A stretch of DNA of 64,000 bases from Octopus vulgaris (Eukaryota). Below, one piece after another: positions 51,612 through 64,000 of this stretch. The notes under the pieces are model-generated. The model was not told the DNA's origin and ran no database searches. It saw only the letters and a list, made by a program, of their open reading frames with translations. A program made the position numbers and the translations under genes. Position 1 is the stretch's first letter. Each line of letters begins with the position of its first letter. The stretch is taken from contig OX597840.1 of NCBI GenBank assembly GCA_951406725.2, positions 22,568,001 through 22,632,000 of the forward strand, in the 5' to 3' direction.

Positions 51612-53529
51612 ACATGTATATAAAAGCACGTAGTCGCACACACAGAAATGGAAATACACACATCTAACCCTAACTCATAGTTTCATCTCCCTTTGGCATT
51701 TAAACTTAAATATAAAAATGAATCTCAAACCAAGGAAAGTAACTCCCTCTACATCCCTTACTTGACAAGAGTTACATCCGTTAATTGATACTAATACAAT
51801 TTAACATTAGGAAACGTAAATAGTGTTTGAATAATAATAGGCTCTAAGCGATGTATGGAGAGTTGCCTTCCTTACAAGTATATAATACTAAAAGTAGTTA
51901 AAGGAAGGAATTTTACTCATAGCTCTCGGAAACTGTATGGGATAGAACGGGAGTTGTTTCCTTTCATTGAGAAAACTTGCATCTGTATGTCTGATGGTTC
52001 ATGCGTGCATGCTCGTGTGCCATTCGAGTGCGAACACACTCACACACACATATATATATATAAACATATACGACGGTCTTCTTTCAGTTTCTCTCTACCA
52101 ACCCTACTCAGAATACATTGGTCGGCCCGGGGGTATAGTTGAATACACTTGCCGAAGGTGCCACGCTGTTGGATTGAACCCAGCACATTGAGGTTGGTGA
52201 GCAAACACTCTCACACACATGCGCGAGCGCAAACAGACAGAGAGATGAAAGCACACATATTGGCTGACCCACACGCTCATACAATTTCTTGAGAGTGTCA
52301 CGGTTTTAAGGTCAACATATTTAAAACATGAAATAGCTTTGCATGTATCTATGTGCATGAGTGCGGAAGTGTGGGTATTTGTGCGTGTGTGAGCACAGTC
52401 CACACATACCCAAGGTGGTCGCATCGGCTAATGTGACCCAACCGTGAAAGTCTGTTTCACCCAGACATACACATACAGATATACGTGTATATACCCACGC
52501 ACGTATATGTAGTGTTTAAAACAAAAAAGAAACTGTAAGGGATGGAACGGGAGTTCTTTCCGTTTTATTAAGAAAACTTGCATCTGTATATGTGATAGTA
52601 CGTGTGTGCATTCTCGTGTGCCCTTCGAGTGCGAACAAACACACCACACACACACACACACACACACATTTAAACATATATACGATGGGATTCTTTCAGT
52701 TTCCCTCCACTAAATCCAATCACAATGATTAGGTCGGCCCTGGGGTACATTAGTTGACAATTGCATAAGATGACAGGCAGTGGGAGTGAACACCAAACCA
52801 TGTGGTTCGCAAGCAAACTACTTACAACATAGCCATTCCTACGCCGATATTCATATATACGACGGGCTTCTTTCAGTTTCCCTCTACTAACTCCACTCAG
52901 AATACTTTGGTCGGCCCTAGGCTATAGTTGAATACACTTACCAAAGGTGCAACGCTGTTGGTTTGAACTCAGCGCATTACGGTTCGTGAGCAACCATTCT
53001 CACAGAAATGCACGCGCAAACAGACACATAATGTCATGGTTTAAAGGTCAACATGTTTAAAACATAAATAGCTACGAGTTTGCGTATATGCATGTATCTA
53101 TGTGCATGAGTGCGGTCGTGTGTTTTCAGAATGTCACAGTTTTAAGGTCAACATATTTAAAACATAAATAGGTACGAGATTGCGTCTTTGCGTGTATCTA
53201 TATTCGTGAGTGCGGATGTGTGGGTGTTTGTGCGTGTGTGAGCACAGTCCACCTATACCCAAGGTGGATGCATTGTCTTATGGGACCCAGCCGCGAAAGT
53301 TCCGGACCCCATTAATGAACTCATTTGCATACAAACAATTAGGGCTCACCTTGAACTTGTCCGGTTAACAAACAGTAGTGTCTGAATGGGAATTAGCTTG
53401 CTTACCTAACAAATGTTTCTGAGTTCTGTCCCACTGGGTGGCACGTTGGGCAAATGTCTTCTACTATAGTCCCGGGCCGACCAAAGCCTTGTGAGTGGAT
53501 TTGGGAGACGGAAACTAAAAGAAGACTGT

Positions 53530-53575
<46 letters not shown>

Positions 53576-53938
53576 TTTATATTTTATATTTACTATTTCC
53601 TTGTCTAATTATATTCACAATATATTTTGTATAATGCCTTTACTGTTATGTAATGGTGTAATAAAGTATTGATTGGGTATCATCTGATGGTTGATGTTTG
53701 ATTGATTTAAGTATGTTTCTCCATTTTCTAATTTTGTAGTATATATATATATATATATATATATGTAGCAGTAAGAGTGGCTGTGGTATGTAGCTTGCTT
53801 TCCAAACACGGTGTTTCTGGTTCAGTCCAACTACGTGGCTCCATGGGCAAGTGTCTTCCAATATAGCCTCGGACAGACCAACGTTTCTGAGTAGATTTGG
53901 TACACGGAAACAGAAAGTAGCCCGTCGTATATAGACAG

Positions 53939-54001
<63 letters not shown>

Positions 54002-56090
54002 AGAGCGAAAGAGAGAGAGAGAGAGAGAGAGAGACATAGGTATATATTGACAGATATATGTATATACATATAGATATTTAAACATATAAGGGATGGCCAT
54101 AATGGGACATCCGACTCACTAGAGAGAGCAGTTAAACTCCAAACCAGTGATAATTGTAATTCTGAAATGGAAAGAGAAATAAAAACGTTTACCCTATCCA
54201 TTCTGGACTATGCATAGTTTCGGCAATCTTTCGTAAATAAAACAAATTTAGTTACGACTGGCGTTGCCTCTTGAGCAGAAAGCGAAGGACTAGCATATAG
54301 GCTCGAGGCGATAATAACCATGTCTCGAGTCTATATGCTATAACTTTTCCAAATCTACCACTCTCGCGCGGTTTTCTCAACAGTAAATATAAACTAGATA
54401 TATATTTATATATATGTTTCTGTGTCCCCAAAACCGCTTGACAACCGATGCTGGTATTTTTACACTCCAGTAACTTCGGGAAAAGACGACCAACAAATAA
54501 ATTCTAGACTGTCATAGAGTAAGTCCTAGTGTCGATTTGCTCTAGAAAATGCTGTGCTCCAGCATGGACACAGTGAAATGACTAAACAAGGAAAAGCGTA
54601 ACAGTGTGTGTCATGTCTGAATAATATATTCTAGAGTTATTTCCCTGCATGTTAGACTCTTTTAGTTATTTCATTGTGACCATGGTGGAGCACCGCCTTT
54701 AGTCAAGCAAATCAACTCCAGGAATTATTCTTTGTATGCCTATTACTTAATGTATAGGTCTCTTTTGCAGAACCGAAAAGTTACGGGGACTTAATTTTCG
54801 ATGTACTGATTTAGTAGGTATTTATTTATTGTAAGAACTTCAATTATTATAAATTATGGGCTAGGAAAAATACTAGAAACTTTTTTGATATACCTATTGG
54901 GGCTCCTTGTGTGTGTGGGACTGTTTTTATTTATGTGAGTATGGGTATTTTCATTTCAGTGGTTGTTTGTGTGTGTGTGAGAGTGTTTTTATTTCTGTGT
55001 GCGCGAGTGTGTGAGCGACTGAGTGTTTCTATTTGTTTGTGTGTGTGCGACACTTACAAATGCAACAAGCACTTTGACCATTTCTAAGATACCCACATTT
55101 GAGATCACTAAGTACTAAATCAAAATAAGTTCAATTTATTGCACCTTTAGTGACTTCAGATATTGCTCATATTTTTCTCATATGGCGACAATGTATTAAT
55201 TTCACAAGTGGATGAAAGAAATTCTCATACTGGCGTGGAGGGAGCTGATATTCTAACTGCGAGTGCAAAGCACCCAATGCCCCTTTACATTCTGAATAAC
55301 TTGTATGTTTGTGCTAGTTAGGGTTAGGGTTTATGTGTGATTGTGTAACTGCGTTTTCATTTCTGTGTGTGGGTGCGTATGTTTGTTTGTGACTACATTA
55401 ATTTCTGTGTGTGTTTGTGCGTGTGTGAGTGTGAGAGTTTGGATGTGTAACTGTGTATTTTTCATTTCTATATGTGTATGTCTGTGTGTTTGTGCATGTG
55501 TCTGTGTGAGTGTTTTCTTTTCTGTGTCTTCGAGTGTGTGCGTATGTAACTGTTTCTTTTCTCTATTTGTCCGCGTGTTTGAGTGTGTGAATATGTAGCT
55601 GTGTATTTTCACTTCTCTGTGTGTGTTTGTGCGTATGTGAGTGTGTGAGTATTTTTTTCAGTGTTTGTGTGCGTGGGACTGTTTTTATTTGTGTGTGTTT
55701 TGGTATTTTCATTTCAGTCTTTGTGTCTGTGTGAATGTTTTTATTTGTGTGTGTATGTGTGTGTGAGCGTCTGTGTGTTTTTATTCGTTTGTGTGTGTGC
55801 AACAATTACAGCTACAACAAACACTTTAACCATTTCTAAGATACCCACATTTGCAGATCACTAACTGCTAAATGAAAAAGTTCAATTTATTGCACCTTTA
55901 GCGACTTCAGATTTGCAAGTGTTAAGCACCCAATTGCCCCCCCCCCCCGTACCTACATACCTGGATCGGTCATAATTGGTCATTCGGAGATCTCTAGGGT
56001 GTGGAATATTTATGACTATAGAAGTTAACTTGTTACTGATTTCGTTTATGGCCTAACTTTTGTAGATTTTGAGAAGTCCATATTAACTAT
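49365..56090. repeat. Mosaic block of (TG)-rich minisatellite, conserved module and SINEs, paralogous to 3560-8080
   Basis: Module ACAACAAACACTTT.ACCATTTCTAAGATACCCACATTTG..GATCACTAA.TACTAAAT.AAAA...TTCAATTTATTGCACCTTTAG at ~49620, 51000, 55060 and 55810, as at ~4020, 6300 and 6760. Confidence 0.85.
49985..50200. mobile_element. Second abundant Octopus-like interspersed repeat (SINE-like)
   Basis: TTGTTTCAGTCATTTGA..GCCATGCTG..ATCGACCCCAGGACTTATTCTTTGTA.GCCTAGTACTTATTCTATCGGTCTC..TTACGGGGACGTAAAC. Related copies at ~3650, 5950, 21390, 54680; inverted at ~7810, 51400, 54430. Confidence 0.65.
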
Positions 56091-56094
56091 ATGG

Positions 56095-56705
56095 GTGAAG
56101 TGTGTCAGACTGCCAGAAGGGAAGCTAGGAGGCAGGTTTATTTAGCCAGAGGAGAAGCAGATAAGAAAACATTTGCCAATGTTCTGCGCCGTGAGGACAA
56201 AAGACTTGAGGTATTTCGTGTTGCAAGACAGTGTGTGAGAGAGAATCGTGACGTGGTAGGAGAGAAATGTGTTCGCATGGATAATGGTTCACTTGCGCTA
56301 AGTGTGGCTGCAAAGAGAGAGGTTTGGAGACGCCACTATGAAAAAGTTGCTGAATAAAGAAAATGAATGGGAGAAAGGAGTCTGCCGAATGTCGACCCAA
56401 CTGAGGGACCAGCTATCCGAGTTGACAGTTCTTTGGTAGATAAGGTAATTAGAAGTATGAAGACAGGAAAAGCCCCAGGCCCATCAGGAATTACTGCAGA
56501 GATGCTCAAAATATCTGGCAGTGTTGGTTATAGCCTGGTCACCTGTATAGTTAACCAGTTGATACACGAAGGAGTCATACCCAATGACTGGTGTAAGCAG
56601 CATAATAGTCAACTACTACAAAAGTAAAGGTGACGCTTTAGATACAAATAATTAAACAGGTATCAAGCTGTTGGATCAGGTAATGAAGGTTACGGAGAGG
56701 GTCAT
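56095..56705 (+). pseudogene. RTE-clade LINE internal fragment (pre-RT region and RT start)
   Basis: ORFs 56091-56357 and 56367-56627 (MKTGKAPGPSGITAEMLK, IPNDW), then KGDALD and IKLLDQVMKVTERVI. Confidence 0.88.
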
Positions 56706-56976
56706 ATGTTTGTATATATATTTGTATGTATATATTTGTATATATATTTGTGTATATATGTTTGTATATATATTTGTATATATGTCTGTATATATGTGTT
56801 TGTGTATATATGTTTGTATATATATATGTTTGTATATATATATATTTGTATATATATGTTTGTATATATATATATTTGTATATATATGTCTGTATATATG
56901 TTTGTATATATATTTGTATATATGTTTGTATGTGTTTGTATATAGATTTGTATATATATGTTTGTATATTTGTATA
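56706..56976. repeat. AT-rich (TATAT..TTTG)n low-complexity repeat
   Basis: Direct reading; source of the Y/I/C/V-rich spurious ORFs. Confidence 0.9.
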
Positions 56977-59890
56977 TAAACTTAGATAAACTTAGATATG
57001 TTTCGACCAAAGATTGGTCCAGGCCATGTCTAACTTAATAGCACCACCTGATAGGATTATTTGAATCCTGTTTAAGTCAAGCTTTGTTTATGGTCCATTC
57101 AAGTAGTGAGTTTTGTTGGGTGAGTTGTATCCAATTATGGGTGGCTTATCTGGTATTCCTTGAAGGAATCTATCCAGACTCCGTTTAAAGTTGATGGGAT
57201 CCTGTTGCTCTTTGATCTCTTTCGGGACAATGTTAAATAGGGCAGGGCCTGTTGAGGAAAAGAAATTATGTTGTAGTGTACATGTATGCTGTGATCTTGA
57301 ATGGCCCGTGGTCCCAGTCTTGGATGAACCTTGAAGCTAATGTTCAGGTCGTTTGGGCATAGTTGGCGGTATATTTTCCACATCGTACAAATGATGTACC
57401 GCTCACAGCGACGCTGGAGGGAGTAAAGTTTCAAGGCTTTAAGGCGATCCCAATAATCGAGAAGCAGCCATGCCTTCAATTCGTTTAGTGAGTGCCCTCT
57501 GGGGTGACTCAATCCTGGAGATGTTTTGTCTTGTGTGAGGAGACCACAGTGGGCAGCAGTATTCAAGGTGTGGCCGTACAAAGGAGGAAAAAAGTGGTAT
57601 GATGACACCTTGTTCTCTGGACTGGAAAGTTCTTAAGATCCAGGAACTCATCCTATGAGCTATATCGACCTTCTTGTTGATGTGTGCACTCCAACTGAGA
57701 TCGTCATCAACAATTACACCCAGGTCTCTGATATTGTTAGAGGCTGTGAGCGGTTCCCCTGAAGGAAGAGTATGGTTGGTTTAGTGAGGAGTTTCTTCCA
57801 AAATGCATCAGCTCAAATTTTCCCTCATTCAGTTGCATTTTGTTTCTGTTTGCCCATTGACTCACAGCATATAGATCAGACTGGAGTTGAGTTCGGTCTG
57901 CTTCTTCATTGACGATTTGCTGGAGCTTGGTGTCATCAGCAAATATTTTCACTTTGCAGTAATGTACGACACTGGAAAGGTCGTTTATGTAGATTATGAA
58001 GAGTAGCGGACCTAAGACAGTCCCCTGGGGGACACCGCTGGTGACTTTTGCTGGGCTTGAGTGGACTCCATCAACTACAACATGTGTTTTTATTATTCGC
58101 CAGGAAATACTTGATCCAGTGTAGAACTTTTCCACGGATTCCAACATTTGCCAATTTTGAGAGTAGGATATTATGGTCTACCCTGTCGAACGCTTCACTG
58201 AAGTCAAGATATATGACATCAGAGTTCGAACCTGTTCCCAAGGCTTTGAGTACATCTTCAATGTGGTGTAAGAGCCGTGTTAGACAGTCCCTGCCACAGC
58301 GAAAGCCATGCTGATTTGCATTTAGGAGTTTGTGGGTCTCCAGGAAGTCAGCTATCCTTGATCTTAACACAATTTCAAACACTTTGATGATGTGGGAGGT
58401 GAGTGAGATTGGGCGATAGTTGAGTGCGAGGGATCTGTTTCCCTGTTTGAAAACCGGGATGACTGACTTGGATAGAAACTGTTTCGGTATATAACCTGCG
58501 TCTAACGAATTTCTCCAGAGGTTGGTCAGAGGGACTGCAAGTTGGTATTTACATTCCTTCAGGAGACTAGCGGGGAGATCTATCAGGGCCTACAGCAGAG
58601 TAGTATTTGATCTCATTTATTGCTGCTGTGATGTCAGTGGCAATAAAAGGTTATGTCTGAGATTTTATGTTGAGGGTCAACTTTGTTCGCTTCTCTTGCG
58701 TCAATATCAGACAGAGCAGTATTGTTCTGTATAGGTGACAATGTTTTCAAAGTGCTGCCATGCGGTCTCAGTATGGGTGGAATTGTGAGTGAAAGATAAG
58801 TCTATGCAAGACAGATCCTTTCTGGTTGCTCCCCAGTCCGCTTTGTGAAAGTTTATGTTGTCAAATGAGTGCCATGGAGTGGGATTGGCTGGTTTGGTTT
58901 TTATATGTCGGGAATTGAAATTGCAGAGTACCATGTCGTGGTATGAGAGGAGAGTTTTTTCAACTGAAATACTGTGAACGAAGCTAGAGTGATTCGTCAA
59001 TACCAGATCCAAGATCGTTTTATTCTGTCTCGTTGGTTCGAGCACTAGCTGAGTCAGGAAGTATTCATCCATTAGATTAAAGAGCAGTTCTGCTGCTGCT
59101 CTATCTGATGTAGAGCATTTGCCTAACTTCAGAGTATTTGTGGGCCAGTTCACATAAGGGAGGTTAAAATCACCCATCCACTAGTATGTTTCCGGAGTTG
59201 TACTTCCGAAGGAAGGACTTGACTTTACTAAGGCACTCTTCAAAGCACTTTAGAGGTGCTTGGGGAGGCCTGTAAAGACCAACAATGATTATGTCCTTGG
59301 CCTTGCTGAATAGTGATACAGATTCACAATAGCCATTGGAAAATATATTCTTGGCATCAAGTGAAAAGGAGTCATAGATGGATAAAGATGGCTGTCCCTC
59401 CCTTATTTCGGTCTGTGCGATCCACACGAACAATGGTGAAATCTTTTATTTTCACCTCGGCGTCCATATGGGTGTTGTTCAGGTGAGTCTCAGTAAGGAT
59501 AAAGAAAGGGAAGCAATGTGCCGTTTCGGCAAGCCAACTCTCTATCTATGGGATCTTCCATTTTTGGGCAATAATTGATGGGTTGATGCCACGTACATTT
59601 AACAGGAATGTCGAGGTAAGGGGAGTTTGATGTTTGCCTTGTTCTAAGTTGTGTTTTATGTTGTTCAGTGGTAACAATGTGGGTAGTTCTTGTATGGAGC
59701 TGTGTGTGTATGATTTTCTTGTTGGTAGTGGGTGTGTGGTCCTTGTGATTTGCATAGGTGGTTGCTGATAGCTCGTTGGATATCCTGGCTTAGGTCGGCC
59801 TTCATATTTTCTAGGTAAGACAGTAAAAAGAGTTACCTCTTTGGTTTGCCACTTGGTCAGAGGATACATATTTCATGTTGGTGTTATTTG
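56977..59890 (-). mobile_element. CR1-group LINE (APE + RT), frameshifted, with an internal deletion near 58730 and a 3' tail (ATCTAAGTTT)2; a different family from the telomeric CR1
   Basis: LLNVRGI, GLYRPP, GDFNLP, ILDLVLT, QHGF, DFSEAFDRVDH, GVPQGTVLGP, FADD, VRPHLEYC..WSP, LYSLQRR.ER. Confidence 0.93.
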
Positions 59891-60108
59891 GTGTTTAGTA
59901 GTCTGGTATGTGTATACAGGTGTGTATCTCATTATCGCTATTATCAGATATATGCATACAACCTACCACACACACACACAGCATTCTTACTTTGGACTCT
60001 TTATTAATTCAAAAGTGTTAACAGATCAAGTTACCAATTCCAGAATATTCTGTCTTCGAGGTCATCATATTTTTTTTGTATTTTGTTGTCCCTATGTATG
60101 TATGTATG

Positions 60109-60140
<32 letters not shown>

Positions 60141-60144
<4 letters not shown>

Positions 60145-61748
60145 GAATTCCGAGTAGAAGTAGGTGTACACCAAGGCTCAGCCCTCAGTCCCTTTTATTC
60201 ATCATAGTCCTCCAGGCAATAACAGAGGAATTCCCAACAGGTTGCCCCTGGGAGCTCCTCTATGCTGATGACCTGCCTCTCATAGCAGAATCACTACCGG
60301 AACTAGAAAAGAAATTTCGGGTGTGGAAACAAGGGTTAGAATCAAAGGCCTTAGAGTCAAATGTAGCAAAAAGCCAAAGTTATAGCAAGTAAGCAGAAAG
60401 GCAACTCAGCACACACCCCATCAGGCAGGTGGCCCTGCTCGATCTGTAGGAAAGGTGTAGGTAGAAACTCCATAAGATGCACCCAGTGTAAGCTATGGAC
60501 GCATAAGAGGTGCAGCAACATCAAAAGGAAATTAACTGATAAGATAGCTTTCATGTGCGGCAGATGCACAGGGACAATAGACACCACAAATACTCAGAAA
60601 ACAGATTCCATCACACTCCAGGGGAAGAAGCTAGAAGTTGTTGATAGTTTCCGCTACCTGGGTGACCAAGTTAGTTAGTGGAGGTGGATGCTCAGAGAGT
60701 GTCACCACTAGAATACGAATAGCCTGAACAAAGTTTAGAAAGCTCTACCCCTACTGACAAAGCGTCTCTCACTAAAGCGAAAGCGTAGATTGTATGATGC
60801 ATGTGTGAACTGCCATACTTCACGGCAGTGAAACATGGGCCGTGACTGCAGAGGACATGCGTAGATTGAAAGAAATGAAGCTAGCATGATCCGCTGGATG
60901 TGCCATGTCAGTGTGAACGCACGACAGAGGTGTAAGCACCCTGAGAGAAATGCTGGACATAAGAAGCATCAGATGTGGTGTGCAAGAGCTGTCGCTTGCA
61001 TGATGCATGGTCATGTACTGTGGATGGATGAGGAGAGGCGGCCGCTCCCAAACAGTTGAAGGAATCAGGGGGATAGGCAGATCTGAGGAAGCCACATGGG
61101 ATGAGGTTGTCAAGCATGACACTCAGAAGCGTTGGGCCTCACTGAGGCAATGGCGAAGAACCCGAGATCTCTGGAGATGTGCTGTGACTGCAAAAGACCC
61201 GGGATGCTTCCGGCACAGTTCCGCATAGCCCCTGCCCATTCAAAGTACCTTGGATCCCAGAGCATCTCGCTGTGCTTGAGGAGACCTGTTGAGTCAGAGA
61301 ATGCATGTCCCCTTGAACATCAGAAACAAATATCAATGGAAATAATGGTTATTGATACCTGTGCCAGTGGCACATAAAAAGCATCATCCGAGCGTGGCCG
61401 ATGCCGAAAACCGCCTCGACTGGCTTCTGTGCCAGTGGCACATAAAAAGCACCATCCGAACGTGGCCGATGCCAGCGCCGCCTCGACTGGCTTCTGTGCC
61501 GGTAGCACGTTAAAAGCACTAACCAATCGTAGCCGATGCCAGACCCCCTCCTGGCACCTGTGCAGGTGGCACGTAAAAAGCACTCACTACACTCACTGAA
61601 TAGTTGGCCGTTAGGAAGGGCATCCAGCTGTAGAAACACTGCCAGATCAGACTGGAGCCTGGTGCAGCCCCTTGCTTCCCAGACCCCGGTCGAACCGTCC
61701 AACCCGTGCTAGCGCGGAAAAACGGACGTTAAACGATGATGATGATGA

Positions 61749-61749
<1 letters not shown>
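60141..61749 (+). mobile_element. RTE-clade LINE 3' half: RT core with embedded PHD finger, C-terminus, 3' UTR repeats, (GAT)n tail; many indels
   Basis: VGVHQGSALSP, ELLYADD (YADD at 60261-60272), C4HC3 at 60436-60567, FRYLGD, HGSETW, tail GGACGTTAAACGATGATG. Confidence 0.9.
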
Positions 61750-61845
<96 letters not shown>

Positions 61846-62121
61846 ATATATATGTATGTATATATCTATATATATGTATGTATATATATATATATATATA
61901 TATAGTATGTGAGGTCAGTATATATTCATATACATATATGTATGTATGTGTGTCCATACTTATATCTTCAGCTTTATGTGTGTGTTTGCCTTGTCTGTGT
62001 GTGTGTGTGTGAGCATTGTGAACATAGAGATGACTGAATTTTCATGTTCTGATTATCGCCTTGTTGAACATGCGAAAGGGCCTTTATCCGATCATATTTG
62101 TCGTTAGGAAATATTTTTGCA

Positions 62122-62174
<53 letters not shown>

Positions 62175-63126
62175 TCACTCACAGAGTTAAATGCATCCTA
62201 CCTTTAAAACCTTTATCAAAACCCGAGTGCACCTAAAAAGATCAGTTCCCGCACTTGTGGGGACCATACAAAGTCACAGTATGTCATACGGCAAGCCTTA
62301 AAAGAGAGATGATGAAAAATGCTATATAGGTTTTGATATTATTTAACCCTAGGTAAGCACTGACCGATCTTCGCCGATGATCACAACCAACCATATCTTC
62401 CCGTACTTTTTGTTTTTCGATTTCCACCGCATTTAAAACTACCTATACCACGTGACTCTTCTAAACACTATGCTACAATTCGAGGAAGATGTGGCAATCT
62501 GTGCGTAGAAGCGCAGGTGGCTCCGTGCAGTAGACATATCATTAATTCCTTGGAAAGCTTCGAATGTATACGAAACAAGGACAGAAAACGGACGATGTTA
62601 TACGAATATGAATACAAAAATAACACGAAATAACAATAATAATATATATATATGCGACAGGCTTCTTTTAGTTTCCATATACCAAATCCACCAGGCTATA
62701 GTAAAGACAGTTGCACAAGGTACAGTGCAGTGGAACAGAAACCGGAACCATTTCGTCGGGAAGCAAATATTATACCACAGAGCCGCCTGCGCCTACACAC
62801 AGATTGCAGCCACATCTTCCTCGAATTGTAGCATAGTGTTTAGAAGAGTCACGTGGTATAAGGTAGTTTTAAATGCAGTGAAATCGAAAAACAAAAAGTA
62901 CGGGAAGATATGGTTGGTTGTGATCATCGGCGAGGTCGATCAGTACTTACCTAGGGTTAAATAATATCAAACCTATATAGCATTTTTCATCATCTCTCTT
63001 TTAAGCTGCCGTGTGTATGACATATGTGACTGGCATGTATGGTCTACACAAGTGCGGGAACTGATCTTTTTAGGTGCACTCGAATTTTGATAAAGGTTTT
63101 AAAAATGCATTTAACTCTGTGAGTGA

Positions 63127-63177
<51 letters not shown>

Positions 63178-63515
63178 TGCAAAAATATTTCCTAACGACA
63201 AATATGATCGGATAAAGGCCCTTTCGCATGTTCAACAAGGCGATAATCAGAACATGAAAATTCAGTCATCTCTATGTTCACAATGTACACACACACACAC
63301 ACACAGGCAAACACACACATAAAGCTGAAGATATAAGTATAGACACACATACATACATTATATATATGTATGCCCAAAATGCCACGCAGTCGGACTGAAC
63401 CCGGAACTCTATGGGTGGTAAGCGAGCTACTGACCTCACAGCCAGTCCTACGCCTATATAAATATATATATATATATATACATACATATATATAGATATA
63501 TACATACATATATAT

Positions 63516-63614
<99 letters not shown>

Positions 63615-64000
63615 TCATCATCATCATCGTTTAACGTCCGTTTTCCGCGCTAGCACGGGTTGGACGGTTCGACCGGGGTCTGGGAAGCTAGGGGCTGCAC
63701 CAGGCTCCAGTCTGATCTGGCAGTGTTTCTACAGCTGGATGCCCTTCCTAACGCCAACTATTCAGTGAGTGTAGTGAGTGCTTTTTACGTGCCACCTGCA
63801 CAGGTGCCAGGAGGGGGTCTGGCATCGGCTACGATTGGTTAGTGCTTTTAACGTGCTACCGGCACGGAAGCCAGCCGAGGCGGCGCTGGCATCGGCCACG
63901 TTCGGATGGTGCTTTTTATGTGCCACCGGCACAGAAGCCAGTCGAGGCGGCGCTGGCATCGGCCACGTTCGGATGATGCTTTTTATGTGCCACTGGCACA
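61360..64000. repeat. Second inverted duplication: arms ~61360-62523 and ~62780-64000 (runs off the window), ~260-bp spacer
   Basis: Mirrored ORFs 61974-62174(-) and 63131-63322(+). The window end TTTTATGTGCCACTGGCACA is the reverse complement of 61360-61379. Confidence 0.93.
63615..64000 (-). mobile_element. Mirror copy of the RTE 3' UTR and tail
   Basis: (ATC)n CGTTTAACGTCCGTTTTCCGCGCTAGCACGGGTTGGACGG. Confidence 0.88.

Overview
Repeat-saturated animal DNA with no intact host gene that I can support. The abundant SINEs, the RTE 3' ends and the TA/CA/GATA microsatellites look like Octopus repeats; this taxon call is recognition, not a database result. The left contig (1-20275) reads as a chromosome end. 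It runs from a 15-bp G-rich minisatellite through a mosaic subtelomeric block and a ~100-bp repeat arranged forward/inverted/forward into an ~8.6-kb (TTAGGG)n tract. The middle 4.4 kb of that tract reads (TTAAAA)n, most likely a nanopore miscall. Fused to the distal end of the telomeric G-strand is an antisense CR1-group LINE whose 3' tail (TAAC)6 grades into (TAACCC)n, the geometry expected if the telomere 3' end primed its reverse transcription. This is the best candidate for new biology, but the join needs read-level validation. After a 100-N gap, the right contig opens with a ~13.6-kb-arm inverted duplication (20376-34044 / 35758-49364) carrying decayed Tc1, mariner, Penelope-like (GIY-YIG), RTE and SINE copies. 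It continues with a block paralogous to the left subtelomere (49.4-58.7 kb), a CR1 lying between two parts of an RTE that has a PHD finger in its RT region, and a second fold-back centred near 62.65 kb. Several signs suggest the palindromes may be assembly or read artefacts.
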